The position numbers were made by a program, and so were the translations under genes. From NCBI RefSeq assembly GCF_009914755.1, contig NC_060926.1: a stretch of 64,000 nucleotides of DNA; one strand, written 5' to 3'. Below are positions 19,324-39,022 of the stretch, piece after piece. The stretch's first letter is position 1. Every line of letters begins with the position of its first letter. The notes below the pieces were generated by a model. That model made no database searches. It saw nothing but the letters and a program-made list of their open reading frames with translations, and was not told where the DNA came from. The stretch is from the human T2T-CHM13v2.0 reference genome, Homo sapiens.

Positions 19324-22182
19324 TTAATTTAAAAATCCAAATATTTTATGTGATCCATCAGAGAACCCTCAAAGAAATGAGTATAGGATGTTGACATATG
19401 ACTAAAAGGATGGTGGTAATTTGGAAGGTTGAGAGAAGAGAATCTTAACTCTTCAGCTAGATTATAGATTCTTCAGGGCATCCACTACCTTGATTAGAGG
19501 AAATAAGCCCTCAGAAGACAGTTATTGATTCATTATTAGCCATAGAAGTACTCCCATTTCCTCAGGTGTTTCAAAGTGTCAACCCTCATGTGTAATCTTT
19601 AAAAATACATATATATATATATATATACCTTGCTGGATTTTGGGGTCCTTCATAGTCTATTTTTACTCCAAACAAGGTTTTCTGTTTAACATATACCAAG
19701 GATAACTTTTAAATTTTTTAAAAAGAAAAAATGATTACACATAGTAGCTACATAAACAGGGAATAAATAGGCAACGGAACTATGAAACTGGGGGGAAATG
19801 CTCAATATATAAACCTTACCTTAAATAGATTATTATTTGGCTATAGAAATGGGATATATGTACTTAATTACCTTTATACATAAATGTTCTATCAACATCA
19901 GCAGATCAAACACTGACAGTGTGTTGTATAGTGGATTCACAGAGGGAGAAGACTAGAAAACGTAAGACGTGACCCCACCTGTGTGTCTAGTGCAGCTTAC
20001 ACTGTAGTTATAAACACACCTTAAATGATCACAATATTTCGTATAGCTTGGTAACAAATAAATGACAAAATCCAGAATGTGACCATTGCCATGTGACTTG
20101 GACAGTGATTGCTGTAAAAGTTCAGCTGCTTAAGCAGGGGGAAAGTCAGCTTCTTAGAGAAAAGATAGGATTTGAAGAATGATTTGAATGGTAGAAATGA
20201 CATGAGGATGATGACCTTTCAAGTGGACTAGAGAGGCAAGGACAAAGTATAAGATATCTTCAAAAGAAAGGACATCTTTTTTGGCTAAAGCAGAGAACTG
20301 TTGTGGTGAAAAATAAGAATTTAGGTTGCAGAGGTACTTGCTAAGAGACCAGCCTTTTGAACATCATTTTAGGGTAATGGACCACCTTATGTTTAGAGCA
20401 TAAGAATGATAGATTCAAAAAAATATCTGTGGTATTTTAATCTGTTAGAAACATTTACCATATTAGATTAAAGAGATGCAGGCAGTCAGGTAGTTGTGAA
20501 ATAATTACAGAGACCAAATGGTAACTGTAGACTTATTATCATTACATAGATATGTGGATTAAAGGAACTTTCCTTGTTTACTGTGAAAACTGACTTTACA
20601 GCCTAGAATTTTAAATGGGGAAATATTATATGCCTTTCACAATAATCACTAACTTAGAAAAATGTTGAACTATAATTGCAAGTAGCAGAAATGTGCTGAA
20701 AAATACCGCAGAAGGAGAGAGAATGAAGAAAATACAGACGTGATTAAATTCTGAGCTCTTAACTTGACCCACTGTAGCAAAAAGCTAGCCGCAAAGGTGC
20801 TCCATAAATGCTTCTTAACAGTGTGGATGATGTCGCCAGGAGCTGGATGTTAACTTGCGGGGTGGGAAAGATGAAAGTATGCTAGAATTACAGAAGAGGA
20901 GAAAGTTGGAAGGTATTATAAAAATTAAGTTTTTTTAAATAACAAAAATTATTTTTGTTTAGATATTTAAACAAAGAATTCTAGCCAGAGTTAAATCAGA
21001 GGGTTTCTTTAGACTCCTGAATGTCTGCTTTATGTCGGAGAGAATTGTTCTGTTGTAAATGATTATAAGTAGTACCACTAGAAATAGGGATTCATTCATT
21101 TTTCTTATAATTAAGACATCTTTTAAATAAATATTTTTCAGAAAGTAGAGTTGAGTATAAGTCATAAATTAAGTAATTTTAATATATATTCAGAAAGGTT
21201 ACTATTTAGGGGAAACTTCTTAAGTTCTTTACTAAATTTGTTTTTTAGTATGTGTTCCATACTAAACTAACTTTTTAGAATGTGTTCCATCTTCTTACCA
21301 CAAACAATATTGATATTTTCCCAACTTTTAAAATACAAATTTGTAACAAAGGGTTTAGCCAGGGATTCTTAGTCTAGGGATTCACGAATCCCCAGAAATC
21401 TTTTGGAAAATTTCCAGAAAAAGCAAAACTACATTTTGCTGTAAGTTGTCTTTATATTAGACAGGGCTCTGGGATCATACTCCTTCCCTTTTTCTAAAAT
21501 GCTAGTTTGTGTTTTATAATTAGAATATAAATTCTGTGAGATCTGGGACTTGATCTGATTCATTTGTGTCTATAGTCCAAGCACAATCCTGGCATACGGT
21601 GAAAGCTCAGTAAATATTTTTTGAATAGGAAATATTTGTATTTATTCATTTCTAGTAATTTTCTTAAGGCTGTCCTTAAGTCATATATTTAAAAATTAAT
21701 TTGAGGTTACTAATTGGTATGAAAGTCTGTATTTATAGAGTTTTATACTTTCATGCAAAAAGTTCTTCCCTTGAAAAAGACTCATAATGCTTTTGAATTA
21801 GTATGCCACTGATCAAGTAGTTGCACAAGTTGGTAATTTTCCAAGGGTAAAGTTGAGCAGGGGGGTGACCTGTATTTACCCAGCTCCTACTTGTGTCAGG
21901 CCCCTTATTTATACACACACAGAGTCATAGGTAATCTTCTCAGCACCCTTCTTTTACACATGAGACTTACAGAGATGAGGTAGTTTGCACAGGTCACAAA
22001 GCTAAATAAATCATGCAGCCAGAATTTGAATTAGTCTGACTCCTATTCTCTTTACATTATTCCATGTGGCCTCTTTAAGGTAGAGATTATGTATGTCTGT
22101 ACCCCACCTGTGTCTACCATGCAGGAAAAATCATTTCCCATTCTTTTGTAAATATCATGTTTATCAGTCTTAAGATACTCTA

Positions 22183-22474
22183 TTTTATTGATTGAGACAG
22201 GGTCTCATTCTTTGTCCCAGGCTGGAGTGCTATGGCACCATCATGGCTCTCTGTAGCCTCAACCTCCCAGGCTCAAGCGATCCTCCCAGCTCAGCCTCCT
22301 GAGTAGCTGGGATTACAGGCACACAGCACCACACTCGGCTAATTTTTTGTATTTTTTGTAGGGATAGGGTCTCGCTTCATTGCCAGGGCTAGTCTTGAAC
22401 TCCTGGGCTCAAGTTATCTTCCTACCTCAGCCTCCCAAAGTTCTGGGATTACAGACGTGAGCCACTGCATCCAA
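22183..22474 (-). mobile_element. AluJ
   Basis: Antisense dimer. Confidence 0.85.
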
Positions 22475-22872
22475 CCACAAGATAATCTGTTTTTAATGGT
22501 AAATATTTTATAAAGTTGTTGAAAGGAATGAGTTAAGCCCAATTCCTTGTCAGTTATTTTTCACTTAAATACACATATTTATCTTAATCCAAAAACGGTT
22601 TAAGGCATTTTGATCTTAGAGAAGGGAAGGAAAAACAGGACAGATTAGTCTCTTTTTGAGCCCAAAAGAATCTCTGTATTGTTTTCAGATTATTAAATTT
22701 TGCATGCATTTTTCTGTTTTACTTTAAACGGATAAATGCAATACCCATAGCTGCTTTTACATTTTTATATCACAGTTTTTAGAACTATGTGAATATTAGT
22801 TTTTTCATATTTACTTTTTATTCACTTGTCAAAGCATTGCTATGGAGAAGACCTATACTGTTTGAAAATGCA

Positions 22873-23841
<969 letters not shown>

Positions 23842-24969
23842 TCAAAAGATAAATATTGCTGCAAATAAATATTAGCTGGTTAAATTTTATTTTTTAAAAT
23901 GTGCTTAGTTCCCTTCCCCCTCCTATTACTACTCTCTGCTTGATTTATCTAATTTCTATGTCTTATTTGGTGTAAGTTAGTATTTTCATCATGAGAGATT
24001 CGACTTTTAAGCTATGTTAGTCTAGCTGATAGTAAAAGCTTAAACTAGGGTGGATGGGAGATGTCCTGAATTCTCATCTCAGTAATTGCCTTCAATTTAC
24101 TTTACAGAATAATTGTAAACATCCCAGCTGATATGATAGTTTAATCAACATAACTAGTGTTCTATAGTTTTATTAATTTTACTATATTAAGGAAATATAA
24201 ACTTCAATATGAAATAACCTGTGGTGTTCTATAATAATTTCACCAATATTTCTTTAGTAAGAGTCTTACCTGTATGAGGTACTTCCTATGCAAAAAAGGT
24301 CACTCGCCATAATGTATTCAACAGAGCGCAAAGATAGACATTGATGTTAATTATACCTGTGCACAAATCAGAGCCCTGCCATTTACTAAGATTGTCACCG
24401 TGACAAATAACTTAAATCTCTCTGAGCTTTAGTTTCATCACTTATAAAAATGATAACTGGAATCCTTACTTTGTAGGGTACCTGTGAGGATTCAGTAAGA
24501 TTATGTATATAAAGTTCTTAGCACAAATATTATTTTTCCTTCCCTAGATGGTAGGAGGACATAGAATGGAATATGAAATTGTCTTTACTTTAAAAGAGTT
24601 TGCAGTCTAAGTGGAGAGTCTTGTGAACCGTTGCAAGGTAGAGTTAATTGCTATAATAGATGTGTAAAAATAGGTGTGCTATATCAACTGTACGAGTTCA
24701 GATAAAGAAAGTGCAGGAACCTAGATAATAGGTTTCTCTTCTAATATTAATGAAAGCCCATGAGAGAGTTACATAACAGTGTTTGGAAAAATCAAATATA
24801 ATGGCTGCGGAAGAGGTTTCAGTCCTCTATTGTCTATCCAGAGTGATGAGAAAATGTAATTTGCCATAAGATAAAATGACTTTTAAGTGTGGTCATTAGC
24901 TAAAGTTCTTCTCAATTTAGTGATTCTGTAATGTCAGCCATTGCAAATCCGTGTCTACTTGATTTATTG

Positions 24970-27813
<2,844 letters not shown>

Positions 27814-28085
27814 AATGAGGGCAACTTTTTAAAAAATAACATTCATCTGCTCTCATTTTTCTAATAAAACATTGCCATTTATTATATGGCTTTATTAGTG
27901 TTATCTTTGTTGCAAAAGTATATGTAATAGTCTCTAAAGATGGTTAAGAGTTTGTGTCACATCAACTGTATCAATAACCTATTTTGTATTTTATTTTCCC
28001 AATATTTTAAGATGAAAACTTCCAAATGTATTTAAAAAGGGGATATGATATGTTGGAACAGCTGTATATTGTCTCTCTAGATTCA

Positions 28086-28685
<600 letters not shown>

Positions 28686-29334
28686 CTAGTTGTCACTAGA
28701 GTGACTATTGTAATTGTTATTTTGAATCCCAGTCTAATCAAGTTTATCAATCAAGCACATTAAACAAGTCTTTAATCAGTCAAGCCCCTCACCTGTTTTT
28801 TTCCCCTTGAAACTGACTTTGAAGAATCTGAGCCAGTTTTTTACAATACGTCCTGCATTCTGAATTCATATGATTGTTTTCTCATGTGTGCTCTAACTTG
28901 ATCCTCTATTCCCTTTTTTCCTGTAAACTGGGAATTAGCATTATTAGATTCATTCTAAACATTTTTTGGCACGAATACAGGACATGACTGTACTTTATAA
29001 TGCATCATATCAAGAGGCACATACTGTAAAGATATCTTTATTTTAGTCTGTCGGCTTAACTGTGATCAGCTTGGATGATTAGAGCTTGTTCTGTACAGTA
29101 TTAAGTAGTTACTATTGTAGAAACCTGTAGATTTTCCAAAATTCACTAAAATATGAAAGGATTGAGTAGTTTATTATTCATACTGAGAATACTTAATTTA
29201 TTTTTATCTAGAGATGTTTTTATCAAAATAAGAGCAAAAAGTAAATACAATTTTTATCCGTAAAAACTCTAAAATCTTTCAAAAATCTGTTTAAATCTAT
29301 ATAGTTTTATGTTTTGTATTTCCTACTTATTTAG

Positions 29335-29343
29335 CAGAAATGA
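29335..29343 (+). CDS. PPM1B: Alternative acceptor exon giving QK* (380-aa isoform)
   Basis: ttttgtatttcctacttatttag|CAG AAA TGA. Matches a recalled human isoform ending in QK. Confidence 0.6.
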   Translation, partial: QK

Positions 29344-29754
29344 TGAAGAAACTGTTCTGATGGCCTGCTTTTCTGTCCTTTTCCTACTGCTTTAAACATT
29401 GATTTTCTTTTGTACTAAATCATATAGCCAAATATTGTTTAAGTAAGTCAGTTTTAGGAAATGCTTGTGTTGCTGTTGAATTATAAAAGCTGAGTAAATT
29501 TCAGATTAAACTTTAAATGACTGTGAAATAAGACATAAACTAGTTAATGGTAATTTGCTTAAAATGACTTGAGATTATTATTGGAAGTTTTTATTAATTG
29601 ATACAGGTAAGAATTGATATTTAATAAAATGTTCTCATGCTTAGACTATATTACTTTTCGGTAGAGAAATTAGTATTTTGCTGTAATGTGTTATGAAATA
29701 CATGTGATATCCTAGTTTGTCTACTGACACTGGGGTCTTGAATCTTAAAAAAAG

Positions 29755-30060
29755 GCCTCCGATGAAGCAGAGGAAAGTGGATCACAGGGAAAATTGGTGG
29801 AAGCTCTCAGGCAAATGAGAATTAATCATAGGGGAAACTACCGACAACTTCTGGAGGAGATGCTGACTAGTTACAGGCTAGCTAAAGTAGAGGGAGAAGA
29901 AAGCCCTGCTGAACCAGCTGCCACAGCTACTTCTTCGAACAGTGATGCTGGAAACCCAGTGACAATGCAGGAAAGCCATACTGAATCAGAAAGTGGTCTT
30001 GCTGAATTAGACAGCTCTAATGAAGATGCAGGGACAAAGATGAGTGGTGAAAAAATATGA
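29755..30060 (+). CDS. PPM1B: Last coding exon of the long isoform (ASDEAEESGSQGKLVEALRQ...MSGEKI*, 479 aa)
   Basis: 101 codons plus TGA in phase 0 after aaaaaaag|. 378+101=479 aa. Overlaps track ORF 29794..30060. Confidence 0.95.
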   Translation, partial: ASDEAEESGSQGKLVEALRQMRINHRGNYRQLLEEMLTSYRLAKVEGEESPAEPAATATSSNSDAGNPVTMQESHTESESGLAELDSSNEDAGTKMSGEKI

Positions 30061-30786
30061 CTTTCCTTTTTGGTAATATTTTTGTGATCTTTGATGGTTT
30101 TTAACCTAGGAAGTGTAATGTATGCATTTATATAACTGTTTTGTTATTTGAATCTTGGAAAACTAGTTTTATTATATTCAGATAGCCTTGTTTTTTAAAA
30201 AGGCCTTTGCATACACCTTTATGAGATAGTGTAAAATTGACTATTTATAGTACTATGGATTTAATGAAATTATATGTCATTTCACATTGTATGCCAGAAA
30301 TTAGGCTACCAATTATGAATTAAAGTCAGTAGTTAAATTAATACTAGATAGAATTAGAAATTTTGATTAGAGAGATTATGCTATATTATGGAAAAACTTG
30401 TTAATGTAGAATTATACTGCTTCATATTATTTTACCTATTAGTACACTCATAGTTAGCTTTGTAATAAATTTATGTTTTCTTTAATAATTTTAGTTCTTC
30501 AAAGAATGGCTGATGCTGGCCTGTAATTTTTCTTTCAAGGATGATAATTTGTGTGTTGTTTGATTTGTTTATATTTTACATCTCTGTAGTTTTATTTTTA
30601 GAAGTTGTGAGATATTGGATGTGTGGCTATTTTTCCTTTCTCTGTATTCTTTATGAAACATAACTTTTGAAAAACCTATGTATTATTCATACAGCTTTGG
30701 TTTGTATATTCTGTATAGCCTAACTACACACATCAAAATGTATGTCAACCAAGTGTTTAGAATGAAATTATAAGTGTTTAAGTCCA

Positions 30787-30792
30787 AATAAA
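30787..30792 (+). terminator. Poly(A) signal for the long-isoform 3'UTR; a second AATAAA lies at 30464-30469
   Basis: AATAAA followed by GT/T-rich sequence (tgttgtacttattttt). Confidence 0.7.
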
Positions 30793-31657
30793 GCATGTGA
30801 TGTGGAATAATCTATGCATGTTGTACTTATTTTTGAATTAATTTTTTAAAAACAACCAAGTTTGGTATATTGGAAGAATACCCATTAGAAATTCATTTGT
30901 ATTTATATAACATTTAGAACACTTTTGGCTTACCTTTTTTCATTAACAAAAAGGAAAAGTTTAATATTAAAATATATGTGTTGCATACTTAAATCTATTC
31001 TTTTTCTTATCCATCTTTTGTGGTACAAAATATTAATCTTTGGACATTATGGGCACACATTAGACATGTGAGAAAATTGCCACAGTGAGCATTTTAAAGA
31101 TTGCAGAATTGTCCATTTTGTTACAAATTTTTGTTAGTTATTAAGAAATTGAACAATTATGGGCTATTTTTAAAATAGTGGCAGATGAGAGTTTTTGTTT
31201 AAAGGGATTTTTAAATTATAGATTTGTCACATAGGGAAAAATATTTTTTAAAAATTGTTTTATAACTGTAGAACATTAACTTTTCGTCTTTACGTTTATA
31301 TTTATATCATGTGTCTAAAGTTGCTTTAAGTTACCATAAATTGAAACTTCGGAATCTTTGGATGTTATAGCTGATGTTTTGATGTATTTTTCCAATGCCA
31401 GAATATTTTTAAGTGCTTTGAGAAAGGAAGGCATTTGATGGAGAGGGGAGGAAAATAACCCAACCCAGTTATCTATCCATATTAGATACACGTGTACACA
31501 CACAATATGCAATACACAACATCTCTCTGTAAAAGTACCCTTTTCAGACAAAGAAAGGAAGGTAATTTGTTCATCAATTTTGTTTTCTTTTGAAATTCAA
31601 TCCAATCTGGAAGTGGCATAGGTAAATAATAATATTCTTCCTTTTCTCTTCCTGTAG

Positions 31658-31687
31658 GGTGCTGGAGATCTAGAAGACCCATGGTAG
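31658..31687 (+). CDS. PPM1B: Last coding exon of the short isoform (GAGDLEDPW*, 387 aa)
   Basis: Strong acceptor ttcttccttttctcttcctgtag|GGT, then 9 codons and TAG, then about 1.7 kb of repeat-free AT-rich UTR. Confidence 0.95.
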   Translation, partial: GAGDLEDPW

Positions 31688-33381
31688 CCTTAAAAACCTT
31701 CTAAAATGCTTTTGATTCTGAAAATTGGGGGAAAAAACTTTTAATCACAATTTTCTTCAATACAAGGGGAAAATATTCTTGCGGATTCCCAACGTTTTGT
31801 GATATGAGCAGAAAATCATTAGCATTTCCCATCATTTGTTCATATTTGTGTTTTCTGACAGTTGCCACTTGTAGCATTGCCTGTACTACAGTATTTTTTG
31901 CCAACCTCAGGCATACTCGTTACATCTGTATTGAACTTTCGGCCCTAGAAACCAGTGGAGTTATTTCACCACAAATCAACAATGTGCCTGAGGTGCATGG
32001 GAAATATAGTTAGCTATACTCTGAAAATACATTATGTTTTTTTTCTTTAAACAAAACACACAACATGTAAGCATGTAAGAGTAAAGAATTGTATGATATG
32101 TTCCTTTTTTCAGTTCACCAAGTTGGAAGCCTTTTGCAGCTCTGTGGCTTGGAATTTCATTTGAGCAATTTCTATAGGATATGTATTTATTATTGATTGT
32201 TATTTAATTTTTTTCCAATTTTACCTGTATTACCAAACTGGGTTCTCCAATAATGTCCAAATTGTAATGTTGCCTTGCTTCAAGATAAAGTGTATTTGGG
32301 AATAATATTATAAACCCTTACAAATTTTATGCATGTATCTACTGCATCCTTCAACTCTCACTAGAAAATCTTTTGAAACCAAATGGATTAATTTATGGCT
32401 ATTTATAATTTGCTTTGACATCTCACTGTTGGAAATTTTTTAAAGATGAGATTTGCCTTTATAATGTAAATTGTGATTTTTGTTTTACATGTGGGTTTCT
32501 ATAGTTTTAATTTTTTCAGCTTTTAAGATACGAGTTTTGTGTAATTTGGTATTTTTAATCATTTATGTTATTTTAAAAGCTCAGAATATCACATTGAAAT
32601 TACTATAAATACATTTAAAATTATCTATTTTAGATCTAAGGAAATACTACAGAGATATTTTCATGGGTTCAGTAACTTTTCATTTTATAACATTGGGCAC
32701 GGTACAGAGTGATTGTCACATAAGGTACTTGAAGATTTATTAGTTTAATTCTATTTTTACAGTAACCTTGAATTCTTCTGAGTTTTGCATGTATTAAATT
32801 CAATTAATGCTGAACATGAAGAGTAAAGTATTTATCTGAAAGAAGTTTCTGGGTTAGGAGAAGTAATGAATGTATCCATTTGTACATGGTTTACATGTTG
32901 TGGATGCTTTGTAAACATTTTCCTGTATGTTTAAATTGTGTTTCAGCAGGATGTAATTGCCCTTGTGTGTAGTTAAAATGAGTCATCATCTGGTCCTTTG
33001 TGAAATGGAATTCATGGTATTTTCTGTAACGTTTTCCTGAAGCTGTTTCTGGAGAGCCACACATTTAAATACAGACAGCTTTCCTGATCATTTGATTTAT
33101 TGTGCACCTGATTTTTGGTCTAAAAGGAATTATTGCCACAATATATTTTATTTATTCTTTAGATTTTAGCCTTGTAAGTTAAAGTGCTTTACATGATGAT
33201 GTGAAAAGCTGTTTGTCCCTTTACTGGGTTTGGGGGGTTGTTAAAAGATAGGGAATGAAGAATGCAAAATGGTTTATCGTTCAAACTGTCCACTCTGATC
33301 CAACCCTGTACTGATAGTACTTCCCAGTATGATATTGTGATGTTTCATACAATGCAGTGAACATAACCAACTTGTTACCTA

Positions 33382-33387
33382 AATAAA
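33382..33387 (+). terminator. Poly(A) signal for the short-isoform 3'UTR
   Basis: AATAAA, then CA at about 33410 and T/GT-rich downstream sequence. Repeats resume shortly afterwards. Confidence 0.8.
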
Positions 33388-33580
33388 GAATTGATAAAAA
33401 CAGTGTGACATATTACTATTTGGTATGATTCAGTTTTTAATGTTATTTTAAACTTCTTATATGGTTGGCATATTTCTGAAAATTTAATTCCAAAGAGGAA
33501 TTAACCAAACTGTACAGGACAATATTAACCCCTTCTGTACTCTAGAAATATTTATACTCCTTTTAAAAAAACCTGCCTTT

Positions 33581-33913
<333 letters not shown>

Positions 33914-33999
33914 TTACTGGTGCTTGAAACAGAAATAATGTATGAGTTAGTAAAAGAAAAACCCATATTCAGTGTTGACTCATCTGAATTTCCTAGCCT

Positions 34000-34655
34000 G
34001 GCTATTCTCAAGTATTTTGGTCTGAGGACCCACTTATACTCTTACAAATTGTATACTCCAGTGAACTTTTGCTTTTGTGGATACTATCGATATTTACTAT
34101 ATTAGAAATTAAAGCTGAGAAATTATACATACTGTTTTAATTTGTTAACAAAACAATTACATGTTAATATATAAACCATTTTATGAAAAATAATTGTCTT
34201 ATAAGTTAGGATACAAAAATTCAGTGTAAAAAGGACCATTTTTCATTTTTGTGAGCCCTTTAATGTTGAACTGAATTCTTGTTTGTGCTTTTGCGTTCAG
34301 TCTGTTGAAGTGTGGTATGGCCCGATGGTTGAAGTATATGAAGAAACCTGGCCTCACACAGATAGGTAGTTGGAAAACAGGAATATTTTAGTCACTTCAG
34401 ATAACTGTGGATATCAAAACTTGACAACTGATAGTTTCTTGAAGATTGGTTGCAATGTGAAATCGGAAAGTTTATTAGAGGACTTTTCTTAGTTTGTTAT
34501 GTTAAAATCCACTGGGTCTGTCTTGCATTTTGAATGGACCTTCTGGCTATGCATGATTTTGTCACATCATGAATTAGTCATTTGGAAAATACTGGTTCAC
34601 TGAATTATGCAGTTCTTCTAAATATTGATCCGTTATTCTGCAATGATTAAAGTTT
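34000..34655. mobile_element. Charlie1-family hAT transposon fragment
   Basis: ttttggtctgaggaccc...atcgatatttactatattagaaattaaagctgagaaa...tgcatgattttgt...gtcatttggaaaatactggttcactga. Confidence 0.65.
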
Positions 34656-34662
34656 TTTGTTA

Positions 34663-35791
<1,129 letters not shown>

Positions 35792-37243
35792 GTAATGAAC
35801 TGGTCTTCCTATATGAAAATAATGGCGCTGTCTTGCTAGTTGTGATTCTTCTTTCTACCCAGGCTTTAAAATGGTTTTTAATAACAGGAGAAATAATATT
35901 AGTCGGGGAAAAATGTTTCTATAATCATATTAGCCGTATATTTGAGCCAGGAATTGACAGCCTCATTAGTTTACTTTTCAAACTGCCTGATATATTTTCT
36001 GAAACCTTGGAAAATACGCAAACCAGAGGAATATATGGTGCCCAAGTCTTTATCCAGCTTCAATACTTGAAATTAACTGGAACATGTCCATCAAATATCT
36101 TTTGCTGACCAAATATTATTCTTCCTTGTCTTGAATTTAAGGTTATATTTTTTAAATGACATCTCACACTGACATTTCCTCTTCCAAATTGCCTTCATTT
36201 GTGTTTTGAAGTTCATCTGGTTTAAGTATTAAGGGAAAACGTGATAAGATTTCTTGTGGAACACATTTTGTTTTGAGAAGCTAAATAGTATTTAGTGAAA
36301 AATAGCAAAGTGTGATGTTTTTCACATATTAGACAATTCCTAGTTGTGCAAAAAATCCATTATATATGTAAAATAGTCAAATGTTAACATAATTGTTAAG
36401 ATGAATTCAAGCAATGATTTAATTTCAAAGCAATTCTGAAGTTACTTTTTAAATTCTGTACTAGAAAATGCACTGAAATGAAGTTACTTGCTTTTAGTTC
36501 ATAATGGGCATTATAACAATTTGCACTGTCGTTTTTATGCTAAATTGCTTTTAAGTTTTTTTCTGTTCAACTTTGGGAGTTATTTTGTAAACCCTAAAGA
36601 AAATGCTAAACAAGTGTTTGTTTTTGCCTGTTGTTTTGATGATTCGTGTATGTTACATTATGGTCTAGAAGTAAATAGGTGTAGCTACTAATAGAGAATA
36701 CATTGCTTTTCAGGCAGCATCACCGCCATTTCTCACTTCCTGCTGGCTTTTCTGGCTGTGGTATTTTCTCCCCCTTATTTCCTGTTTCAGTTTTATTTTA
36801 CCTGCAAACACCACTTACTAGTACACTGTTTTGTGCTCAGATGTAACTGGTAGATATGCTCTTCTAATTCAGAGGTGAGGGGCACTTAGGAAGTCAGTAT
36901 TTCTGCTATCTTGTAAGTATCCACAACTCCAGTGGGACACAAAAGAGCCATACCTTTTATGGAAAGGTAGAATGAAAGACTGGGCTTTACTTCTTTTAAC
37001 TAGTAGACCTAGTCTATAATATTGGCAACAGTGATTTTTTTTAATGATTAAATCTGTGCAACAAATGTATTCTTTCCATATAACATTCACCTATAATGCA
37101 TTTAAGATGAAGAGGACCAGTACCACCCAGGAGTTACCCTAATGGTGGGTCTGATACCTTCTTTCCCTCTCCTGAGTCGTTTACACTTACTTTTTTGGGC
37201 ACTGATTATGAAGAGGTGGTTTTGCTTCATTCCTAAGTCTTGA

Positions 37244-38563
<1,320 letters not shown>

Positions 38564-38930
38564 TCCGGTTGGATAAGCATGAAATAGTATATAATTTGCA
38601 TTTCTGATTACATGTGAGAAAAACATCTTTCCTATATATATTGGCCATTTGAGTTTCCTCTTTTCTGAATTGAATGCTCACACCACTTGTCCATTTTTCC
38701 ATTGGGTTTGTCTTTTTCTAATTGATTTGTCTTTTTCTATATAGTCTAGATACCAATCCTTTGTTATGCGAGCTGCAAAACCTCTCAGACTGTTTTTCTT
38801 TTTTTCTTTGTTTATGCAGTCTTGCTATTTGTCATTTTTTTGCTGTATGTTTTTCTTGTTTAGGAAATCATCCTCATCCCAAGTTCATATAGTCTCTAAT
38901 TTTTTTAATTTATATATTTTCATTTTCATA

Positions 38931-39022
38931 TCAGGTGGATAATGTAGTAACAAGGCTGAGGGGAGGCACATCTCATGTAAGTGTGAAAACCCAATCATCA
39001 TGCTTGTGAACTACAGAAGGAT
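38931..39022 (-). pseudogene. Retroposed U13 (SNORD13) snoRNA copy
   Basis: Reverse complement reads ATCCTTCTGTAGTTCACAAGCATGATGATTGGGTTTTCAC...GAGATGTGCCTCCCCTCAGCCTTGTTAC...ACATTATCCACCTGA, which is U13-like. Decayed tail at 38901-38930 and TCTCTAAT direct repeats on both sides. Confidence 0.88.

Noticed and set aside
30646-33161. miR-186-type 8mer ATTCTTTA in both 3'UTRs (30646, 33154)
   Set aside because: An AT-rich 8mer in AT-rich UTRs cannot be distinguished from chance without conservation data.
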